Of a stretch of DNA of 32,000 nt, positions 8,960 to 15,028 are shown piece by piece. The translations under genes were made by a program, and so were the position numbers. This stretch comes from Conchiformibius steedae (GTDB lineage Bacteria; Pseudomonadota; Gammaproteobacteria; Burkholderiales; Neisseriaceae), in NCBI RefSeq assembly GCF_014054725.1, contig NZ_CP059563.1, positions 254,868-286,867 on the forward strand. The letters are read 5' to 3'. The notes below the pieces were generated by a model that was not told the DNA's origin, searched no databases, and was given only the letters and a program-made list of their open reading frames with translations. Each line of letters begins with the position of its first letter. Within the stretch, counting starts at the first letter, position 1.

Positions 8960-8990
8960 AACGCGAACGGCAGCCGCGTTAATGTTTTTT
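8960..8990 (+). terminator. terminator-like hairpin after the acidic moron
   Basis: AACGCG/CGCGTT stem (8960-8965 / 8975-8980) followed by AATGTTTTTT. An alternative GGCAGC/GCTGCC pairing extends to 9000. Confidence 0.4.
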
Positions 8991-9019
8991 AAAAGCTGCC
9001 TTACATTATGGAGTGAATC

Positions 9020-9250
9020 ATGAAAATCATGAATATTGCTAAAAAGTACGCCCCGCGTATGAACCAAGCCAAACTTGCTGTTGGTGGCGGCCTGATTATG
9101 TTGGCAGCCGCAGCACAAGCTGAAGTGCCGCAAGAAGTAACCCAAGCATTAGGCACTGCCAAAACAGATGCCTTACAAGTAGGCGGCATGGTGCTCGGCA
9201 TCATTGTTGCCATCTTTGCCCTGATGATGATGCGCCGCGTATTGCGTTAA
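9020..9250 (+). CDS. major coat protein (pVIII-like) precursor
   Basis: 76 aa. Signal peptide ...LAAAAQA/EV. The 42-aa mature peptide has an acidic N-terminus, a hydrophobic core (GGMVLGIIVAIFALMMM) and a basic C-terminus (RRVLR). RBS GGAG. Confidence 0.8.
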   Translation: MKIMNIAKKYAPRMNQAKLAVGGGLIMLAAAAQAEVPQEVTQALGTAKTDALQVGGMVLGIIVAIFALMMMRRVLR

Positions 9251-9257
9251 TCAATAA

Positions 9258-9289
9258 GCGGGTATGCAGTGGTTCTGCTGTGTACCCGC
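9258..9289 (+). promoter_or_regulatory. stable stem-loop directly after the major coat gene (attenuator/terminator-like)
   Basis: GCGGGTA/TACCCGC outer stem with an inner GCAG/CTGC stem. No T-tract. Its position is analogous to the terminator after gVIII in Ff phages. Confidence 0.35.
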
Positions 9290-9308
9290 CCACATAAAGG
9301 GCAACAAA

Positions 9309-9614
9309 ATGGGATACCAAGTAGGAAATACCTGTTATGCGACAAAAGGCGCAGCCGAAAACGCCTATTTCAGTCAAGTTGCGCCTGTGATTCAGCAAAA
9401 CGGCAGATTGCTGCAACTGCAATACAACGGCAATCCCAAACATATTGACGGCGGTTGGACATTAAACGGGCGGACGGTATCAGCTAGTTTGCCACAATGC
9501 AGCCCCGCCGAAAACTTTAAAGACGGCGCACAAATCGGCTTTATGTTTCTGCTCGCAGCCATCGGACTATGGACGGTGTTCAACATTAAAACCATATTGG
9601 ACAAGTTCTCATGA
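9309..9614 (+). CDS. phage membrane-anchored protein (minor virion/assembly protein candidate)
   Basis: ATG at 9309 preceded by AAAGGG. 101 aa with a C-terminal TM segment (IGFMFLLAAIGLWTVF). The stop overlaps the next ATG (ATGA). Confidence 0.6.
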   Translation: MGYQVGNTCYATKGAAENAYFSQVAPVIQQNGRLLQLQYNGNPKHIDGGWTLNGRTVSASLPQCSPAENFKDGAQIGFMFLLAAIGLWTVFNIKTILDKFS

Positions 9615-9682
9615 TGGACTTTTACTTTTATTTAGGCTTTGGCTTTTGGGTTATGGTCGCTCTATTCCTTTTGAAATTATGA
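9611..9682 (+). CDS. 23-aa hydrophobic peptide (pVII/pIX-like minor coat candidate)
   Basis: Not in the ORF track because it is below the size cutoff. It reads MMDFYFYLGFGFWVMVALFLLKL*. ATGA overlaps occur at both ends (9611-9614 and 9679-9682), which is typical translational coupling in inoviruses. Confidence 0.5.
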   Translation: MMDFYFYLGFGFWVMVALFLLKL

Positions 9683-11538
9683 AAAAACTCTTGCTTGCTG
9701 CGTTATTGACTACTGCTCCACTCTGCCACGCCGAAAATGTTGCCCAAATCACGGGCGGAAACTATATCTTTGCCGATGCCCAAAATCAGCGGCTGATTTT
9801 TAACTTTGAACCATCTGTATTTGAGAATCGCACATGGGGTTTTGACGAGCCGAGCGACAACGCAACCACACAATTTACGGTAGCAGATATGCCCCTTAAA
9901 ACTCTGCATTCGTCAGAGTTTCATGCTTATGAGCGGGTAGCTGGCGGCGGTTATGCCATAGTTGCCACTTATAACCCGAAGCAACATCGGGCAATGTTGA
10001 TGCGCCCTGTCTATCGTCCCAATGTTAATGATGGCGAACGTGTACGGGTATGGCTGCCAGCAGTGGGCTGGATTGTACGGGTAGGCGGTACGGTGGCGCG
10101 CAGCGTGTTACCACCTATTATCACTAATTGTTTGGCAAGTACAAAATGTAAAACTGTTGCAGCTGTGGTTATACCTCATTTATGCGCTATCAATTATTGG
10201 GGTATAGGGCATTTTAAGGAAGGATTTTTACAAGAAATTGGCTTTCCTGAAAGTTTTTGCAAGACTGCCGAAGAAGAAGGCTACAAACCCGAACAGATAA
10301 CCAACCCCCAAACAGGCAAGCAGGGCAAAACGTATGTTAAAGAGTACCCTTATGTACTCAAAGGACATTGGGGTAAAACCAGACATAGCGATTGCGAACC
10401 CGGTCATGAAAAAGAGTGCGCCCCCGAATACCGTCAAATATTGATTGGTGCGAACAGTGCTGAACACGCCCGAAGCATTGCAAATGATATGTGTAAAAAA
10501 TTGGTGGGTACATCATACACAGGCATTGACCCTAACAATCATGATAACTATGGATTAACGGGTAAAGTAAAAAGTGCAGAGCTGAAAAAAGACGGAGACC
10601 TTTTAGGCTGTTCAACATTAGCAACAGATGATAACGGCGAAGATTTTATCGGACCGAGTTTTATTGTCAGGGTTTTAAGGGAAAATTATAAAGAAAAAAT
10701 CCAAATGGTTGATGTTGTGAATTTGGTATCAAAAGACTTTAAGAAAAACCCCACGCCCTACATGAACGACAAAGGTCAGGTAGGCAAAGACTTACGCAAA
10801 GCAATCAAACCAAAGGCAACCATTGAAAAGAAAGACGGTACTGGTGGAACAGTAACCGCATCAAGCCCGCCTTATCTTGACCCTAAAACAGGTAAATCCG
10901 TTCAAGACAATGTACGCATTACCGCAACACCCAGTAAAAAAGGCGACTTGCCGCCGCCATCATCAGGCGGAGCAGGAAACGGAGCGGGTGGCAGCCCATC
11001 ATCAGGCACAGGCGGCAGCGGTAATACAGGCATCAATAACGGCGGCGGCAGCGGAAACAGCGTAAGTGTAACCACCACACCCCGCCCCGACAAACAGTCT
11101 GAAGCTGTAACAGCAGGAAATAACAACCCCAACGGAACCAATCCCAAAGGGAGCGGCAGCAACGGACAGGGTACGGAGCAAGGCGGCAGCAGTTCGGGAG
11201 ACGGAGCAGCGGGCGGTGGTGGCAAAAAAGGAGATGGCGGCGGATTGGATTGTTCAGGCGAGCATCGTAACACCCTTGCTTGCGCCCAAATGGGCGAAGT
11301 TGATACAGAGCAGTCTTTTGAAGTGCCGACCACAACCATTGATAAGAAATTTGAAGCCGACAACTTTTTACCAACCGCAGGTTACTGTCCCAATCCCAAA
11401 CACGTTGTTATGTTGGGCCGCACCTACACCATTAGTTACAACTGGCTGTGCCAATTCGCCCAACAAATCCGTATGCTGATTATCGGGCTTGCCTATCTGA
11501 TGGCAGCTTATATTATTTTTGCGGGCAAAAAAGACTAA
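9679..11538 (+). CDS. pIII-like adsorption/minor coat protein
   Basis: ATG at 9679 gives the signal peptide MKKLLLAALLTTAPLCHA/EN. 619 aa. It has Cys-containing N-terminal domains, a long Gly/Ser/Asn/Thr low-complexity linker (about nt 10950-11245) and a C-terminal membrane anchor (MLIIGLAYLMAAYIIFAGKKD). Confidence 0.7.
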   Translation: MKKLLLAALLTTAPLCHAENVAQITGGNYIFADAQNQRLIFNFEPSVFENRTWGFDEPSDNATTQFTVADMPLKTLHSSEFHAYERVAGGGYAIVATYNPKQHRAMLMRPVYRPNVNDGERVRVWLPAVGWIVRVGGTVARSVLPPIITNCLASTKCKTVAAVVIPHLCAINYWGIGHFKEGFLQEIGFPESFCKTAEEEGYKPEQITNPQTGKQGKTYVKEYPYVLKGHWGKTRHSDCEPGHEKECAPEYRQILIGANSAEHARSIANDMCKKLVGTSYTGIDPNNHDNYGLTGKVKSAELKKDGDLLGCSTLATDDNGEDFIGPSFIVRVLRENYKEKIQMVDVVNLVSKDFKKNPTPYMNDKGQVGKDLRKAIKPKATIEKKDGTGGTVTASSPPYLDPKTGKSVQDNVRITATPSKKGDLPPPSSGGAGNGAGGSPSSGTGGSGNTGINNGGGSGNSVSVTTTPRPDKQSEAVTAGNNNPNGTNPKGSGSNGQGTEQGGSSSGDGAAGGGGKKGDGGGLDCSGEHRNTLACAQMGEVDTEQSFEVPTTTIDKKFEADNFLPTAGYCPNPKHVVMLGRTYTISYNWLCQFAQQIRMLIIGLAYLMAAYIIFAGKKD

Positions 11539-11613
11539 ACGGTTTCAACCCATGTTTATTTATGTCAGTAGCGTAACGACCTATCCCCCATCGGGATGGA
11601 GGAGGCAGAGAGA

Positions 11614-11653
11614 GGGGCATTTGCCTGACAGGGGCTAAATGCCCCTGTCGGGC
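11614..11653 (+). repeat. two mutually exclusive hairpins in the phage intergenic region
   Basis: GCCTGACAGGGGC (11623-11635) pairs with GCCCCTGTCGGGC (11641-11653): 13 bp, 1 mismatch, loop TAAAT. The alternative is GGGGCATTT (11614-11622) pairing with AAATGCCCC (11637-11645). Confidence 0.7.
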
Positions 11654-11686
11654 AAGCAACGTCCAGTGTAGCTGTGGCGTAGCCTT

Positions 11687-11876
11687 GTAATCCATCGGTC
11701 TGTTATCGGCGTCGCTTCGGGGCATGGTTGGATAGCAACGCAGTCAGCGCAAAGTAAAGGGGGAAGCTTTGTAAAGATTGCTTGCAATCTTTACGAATAC
11801 CCCCTTTACTTTGTGATGACGGAGTTGCCCAATCCATAAGCCCCGAAGCAGAGCCGATAACAGACCGATGGATTAC
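11687..11876 (+). repeat. 190-nt imperfect palindrome (long hairpin), candidate packaging signal / ssDNA origin structure
   Basis: Perfect 24-bp outer stem GTAATCCATCGGTCTGTTATCGGC (11687-11710) / GCCGATAACAGACCGATGGATTAC (11853-11876). Moving inward there are a 10-bp stem GCTTCGGGGC/GCCCCGAAGC, a 14-bp stem CAAAGTAAAGGGGG/CCCCCTTTACTTTG and an 11-bp apical stem GTAAAGATTGC/GCAATCTTTAC, separated by small internal loops. Confidence 0.85.
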
Positions 11877-11922
11877 TACAGCGGAACGGGTTTTTACCGC
11901 AACTGAAAGAAAAGGATTCAAC

Positions 11923-12207
11923 ATGAATTTTTTAATCAAAGCCTTTCAATCCTTGCTGGTTTGGGGTGTGTCAAAATTAATGTTGGCATTTGGTGTGTCT
12001 TTTGTTGCCTACAAAGGTTTGGAATTGTCGCTTAAAGCCATTAAGGGTTATGTGCAAAGCACAGTTTCAGGCATACCTGCCGATGCCTACAATCTAATGC
12101 TGATGGCAGGATTCGGACAGGCATTGGGGATTATATTTGGCGCATATGCCTTTAATGTGGCTTTAACGGCAAGTAACAAACTGGCAACAGGCGTATTGAA
12201 AAAATAA
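11923..12207 (+). CDS. pVI-like small membrane protein (DUF2523-like, precedes zot)
   Basis: ATG at 11923 with RBS AAAGGA. The ORF-track start at 11782 lies inside the palindrome and was rejected. 94 aa with two or three hydrophobic segments, in the conserved position upstream of the Zot-like gene. Confidence 0.65.
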   Translation: MNFLIKAFQSLLVWGVSKLMLAFGVSFVAYKGLELSLKAIKGYVQSTVSGIPADAYNLMLMAGFGQALGIIFGAYAFNVALTASNKLATGVLKK

Positions 12208-12233
12208 GTTTTTTGATGATTTAAGGGGCAATC

Positions 12234-13385
12234 ATGATTATTTTGCAAACGGGCGTACCGGGCAGCGGCAAAACTGCGAGTGTGGTCGCCATGTTAATGA
12301 ATGACGAAAGTTACACACATTTTACAGATAAAGACGGCGTTAAGAAGAAACGCCCTTTATTCGTAAACGGTATTAACGAATTACTTTTAGAGCACACACA
12401 ATTAGACGATGAACAAATCCGCGCACAACCTTTACAGGATTTTTTGCCCTATGGCTCGCTGGTTGTCATTGACGAAGTGCAGCGGTTAATGGGTGCACGT
12501 TCACCGGCAAGCAAAGTACCGCCTTATATTGAAGCTTTAGCCACACACCGCCATCATGGTTTGGATATTATCCTGATTACGCAACATCCAAGCTTTCTTG
12601 ACCCCTTTGTCCGCAAATTGGTACAGCGGCACATACATATCAGCATCAAAGCCGTTGGCAGGAAATTATACGAATGGAACGAATGTGTAGACCAGCCTGA
12701 CAGCCCCGTAAATATTGCAAGAGCGATTGAACGGCAGTTCAAGTTGCCAAAACAGGCTTTTGAACAATATAAATCAGCAGAAGTTCATACAAAGCCTAAA
12801 CGCAGGCTTCCCAAAAGCCTAATATTTCTGATTTTTTTATTGCCAATTTTGACGGTTTACGGATATTACACATTTTCACGTTTAAAAGATAAATATACAG
12901 GTAATGAACAAACACCGACAGAGCAGGCAGCATCAGCAGTTGTTGCAAGTGATACCGTAACCGATGCAGGGGGATTAGTTGATACACCTGCTACCACCAC
13001 AGGGCAATCATTAACCGCTGAAATGTTTGCCCCAACCATACCTGAAAAGCCCGAATCCAAACCATTATATGACGGTGTGCGGCAGGTAAGAACTTTTGAG
13101 CGTATTGCTGCTTGTGTGAAAGGCGGGCAAACAGGCTGCACCTGTTACAGCGACCAAGCGACCCCACTCATAGAGATTAGCAAATCTCAATGCTTGCAGT
13201 ATGTCAAAAACGGCTTGCCGTTTGACCCTTACCGTGAACCGCCGCAGGAATTACCACCGCAACAGGTAACAGAGCCGCAAACAGAAGCAGTACAAACAGG
13301 GCAACAAGTGCTAACCTTATCATCGGGCGAGCCTAAAATGCCGAAGTCGCAAGACTACCCTAAACGCTTACAGGATATCCAATGA
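12234..13385 (+). CDS. Zot / pI-family phage assembly ATPase
   Basis: N-terminal P-loop MIILQTGVPGSGKT. Walker B LVVIDEVQ. Central TM segment LIFLIFLLPILTVYGYYTF. Periplasmic C-terminal domain. 383 aa. Confidence 0.85.
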   Translation: MIILQTGVPGSGKTASVVAMLMNDESYTHFTDKDGVKKKRPLFVNGINELLLEHTQLDDEQIRAQPLQDFLPYGSLVVIDEVQRLMGARSPASKVPPYIEALATHRHHGLDIILITQHPSFLDPFVRKLVQRHIHISIKAVGRKLYEWNECVDQPDSPVNIARAIERQFKLPKQAFEQYKSAEVHTKPKRRLPKSLIFLIFLLPILTVYGYYTFSRLKDKYTGNEQTPTEQAASAVVASDTVTDAGGLVDTPATTTGQSLTAEMFAPTIPEKPESKPLYDGVRQVRTFERIAACVKGGQTGCTCYSDQATPLIEISKSQCLQYVKNGLPFDPYREPPQELPPQQVTEPQTEAVQTGQQVLTLSSGEPKMPKSQDYPKRLQDIQ

Positions 13386-13606
13386 ATTACAGCACAACGG
13401 AAATGGTTAGCCGCAAACTGGCAGCAGATGCAGGGTGGGCGGGTTTGTATCTGACCGCATACGCAGGATTGGCACTCTTGGCAGCTTATTTGCTGTTCAG
13501 TTATGTAGCAAGGAAAAAACCGAAATATGAAGCAATTAGCCTTATTGTAGCGGCGACTTTGCTAACCATGCTGGCGGTTTGCGTTAAGTATTTTGTAAGG
13601 GTATGA
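13382..13606 (+). CDS. small two-TM membrane protein (74 aa), unknown function
   Basis: ATGA overlap with the zot stop. Two hydrophobic helices are separated by RKKPKYE. Confidence 0.5.
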   Translation: MNYSTTEMVSRKLAADAGWAGLYLTAYAGLALLAAYLLFSYVARKKPKYEAISLIVAATLLTMLAVCVKYFVRV

Positions 13607-13630
13607 TGCGGGCTTTTTGGGGTATACTTA

Positions 13631-13813
13631 ATGGTTACTGATATTCCGCCTTTCATTTTATATTTATGGGGTAATTTGTTTCTCATTGTGGCACTTGTAA
13701 TTTTTTCATTGCCCTATCGTGAAACAAAAGCTGCATTGCAAGCACGCTCTTTTGCTTTAGTAAATGCTTTAGTAATAGCAGCGTTAATGTTTTTTGCATG
13801 TATAGATTTTTAG
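13631..13813 (+). CDS. small two-TM membrane protein (60 aa), unknown function
   Basis: Hydrophobic helices IPPFILYLWGNLFLIVALVIFSL and FALVNALVIAALMFFACI. The RBS is weak or absent, hence the modest confidence. Confidence 0.4.
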   Translation: MVTDIPPFILYLWGNLFLIVALVIFSLPYRETKAALQARSFALVNALVIAALMFFACIDF

Positions 13814-14015
13814 ATGAAGCCCTAGACTTAAAGCCATTTGTATCTACAGATGGCTTTGGGATTCGGGCTTTCTCGAAACCTGAATCAGGCTGCCCAGTTC
13901 GTACACAGCCCTGAATAGTCATATTGTGGGGGAGATTGAACGGGCAGCTTTATTGGTCTAAAAGATTGAATATCATCAGAGCCGCTTTGCAGGCTGTACT
14001 ATAAGGAAAATCACC
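13814..14015 (+). ncRNA. structured non-coding leader of the recombinase gene (candidate bridge/seek-type guide RNA locus, unproven)
   Basis: About 200 nt with no ORF. Hairpins: AAAGCCAT (13830-13837)/ATGGCTTT (13850-13857); GATTCGGG (13860-13867)/CCTGAATC (13879-13886); TCAGGCTG (13885-13892)/CAGCCCTGA (13906-13914). AGATTGAA is repeated directly at 13933 and 13963. It occupies the position where IS110-group elements encode their guide RNA. Confidence 0.25.
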
Positions 14016-14978
14016 TTGAATATAATCGGTTTGGACATTTCAAAAGACCATGTGGACTGTTATTTAAGGAAGAAAGACGGCAGAGAAGATTATTGCCGAA
14101 TCGGTAACGATATGGCGGGATTTTTGCTCTTGCATGAAAAAATCAAACAACACCGTATCCGAAAGTTGTTGGTGTGTATGGAAGCAACGGGCATTTATTA
14201 TGAGCAGTCTGCCAAGTATTTCAGCCGTTATTATAACGTGTGTGTAGTGAATCCTTTGAAAATTAAAGAACATGCCAAAAAAACGTTTGCCCGCACCAAA
14301 ACGGATAAGACCGACGCTAAACTTATTGCAGATTATGCTCGCCGTTATCATGACACGTTGCATGATTACCAGCCACCCAAATCAGAGCAGTACGAATTGG
14401 GTAAACTAAATGCACTGTTAAATCAGTTGAAAAAGCAGATTCAGCAACACCGCAATCAGTTACATTCAGCAAAGGACGATTATGTTGCGAATGTGCATAG
14501 TATGCTGATTCGGGAATTGGAGCGACATATGCGGCTGACGGTAGAGCGGATTGAACATGTGATTTGTTGCTCTGATTGGCATTGTCAGTACCGCAATTTG
14601 ATGACGATTCCCGGCATTGGCAAGGAAACTGCCGCAGTGCTAATTCAGCATTTGAGCAGTCGGAATTTTGCAACAGCCAATCAATTTGTGGCTTTCGCAG
14701 GTTTAAATCCGCAGATTGTCCGCTCAGGAACGAGTGTCTGCAAACCTGATAAATTAAGCAGGTTGGGACACAGGCATTTGAAACGTGCTTTGTTTATGCC
14801 CGCATTGGCTGCTGCTCGTAACGAATGCTTTAAAGGGTTTATTAAGCGTTTATTGGATAAAGGCAAAAAGAAAATGGTGGCACTGGTCGCGTTGATGCGA
14901 AAACTGGCAAAGATTGCTTACGGCATTTATAAGAACGGTAAACCATTCGATTGTAAGCTTTATCAAGCACCAGTCTGA
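14016..14978 (+). CDS. IS110/Piv-family DEDD recombinase (transposase)
   Basis: TTG start with an AAGGA RBS 7 nt upstream. The N-terminal DEDD-type domain has MNIIGLDISKD, VCMEATGIYY and KTDKTDAKLIADYA. The C-terminal domain has the helix-hairpin-helix LMTIPGIGKETAAVLI and the RSGTS serine motif. 320 aa. Confidence 0.85.
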   Translation: MNIIGLDISKDHVDCYLRKKDGREDYCRIGNDMAGFLLLHEKIKQHRIRKLLVCMEATGIYYEQSAKYFSRYYNVCVVNPLKIKEHAKKTFARTKTDKTDAKLIADYARRYHDTLHDYQPPKSEQYELGKLNALLNQLKKQIQQHRNQLHSAKDDYVANVHSMLIRELERHMRLTVERIEHVICCSDWHCQYRNLMTIPGIGKETAAVLIQHLSSRNFATANQFVAFAGLNPQIVRSGTSVCKPDKLSRLGHRHLKRALFMPALAAARNECFKGFIKRLLDKGKKKMVALVALMRKLAKIAYGIYKNGKPFDCKLYQAPV

Positions 14979-14992
14979 TTTTTAACATGAAA

Positions 14993-15021
14993 AACAAGTG
15001 CATTATTTGCACATACTTGTT
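14993..15021 (-). terminator. weak minus-strand terminator-like hairpin inside the element's right end
   Basis: AACAAGT (14993-14999)/ACTTGTT (15015-15021) stem. On the minus strand it is followed by TTTTT. It contains the TAA (15020-15022) that ends the truncated nfi-like ORF. Confidence 0.35.
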
Positions 15022-15028
15022 AAATTAC

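Larger units (their letters stand above)
6150..15028 (+). mobile_element. integrated filamentous (Inoviridae, Nf/MDA-like) prophage with a terminal IS110-family recombinase gene
   Basis: It has a co-directional, tightly coupled inovirus gene set: Rep_trans initiator, 76-aa major coat, pIII-like protein with a Gly/Ser linker, pVI-like protein and Zot/pI ATPase. There is no secretin. An IS110/Piv recombinase sits at the right end. The boundaries come from in-frame reconstruction of the split nfi-like gene, with GCT on both sides (6147-6149 and 15029-15031). Confidence 0.8.

Noticed and set aside
8711-9145. 144-aa minus-strand ORF containing an internally repeated peptide.
   Set aside because: The repeat is simply the reverse translation of the 86-bp duplication. 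The ORF is antisense to the acidic gene and the major coat gene and has no RBS.
10902-11374. 153-aa and 113-aa minus-strand Pro-rich ORFs.
   Set aside because: They are antisense to the Gly/Ser linker of the pIII-like gene, a compositional artefact.
11626-11636. TGACAGGGGCT in the intergenic hairpin. It combines the bases right (TGACA) and left (GGGGCT) of the chromosomal crossover in swapped order, and might be a guide or attP-like site.
   Set aside because: The match is short and permuted and is buried in a self-complementary stem rather than a loop. GGGGC-type motifs recur throughout this phage as RBS-like sequences. This is not enough to support a functional claim.
6159-14982. TCTGATTTT direct repeats as the true insertion junctions (a 9-bp target-site duplication).
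   Set aside because: Joining the flanks there leaves the TAA at 15020-15022 inside the nfi-like gene and puts the two halves out of frame. The GCT junction restores one continuous frame, so I treat TCTGATTTT as an internal subterminal motif.
6169-15017. A sigma-70 promoter reconstituted across the RE-LE circle junction (TTGTTA in the right end plus a -10 in the left end), as in IS110 circles.
   Set aside because: Spacing from TTGTTA to the candidate -10 hexamers is 10 nt for TAAAAC, 15 nt for CAATCT and 23 nt for TTTTAT. None combines a good hexamer with 16-18 nt spacing.
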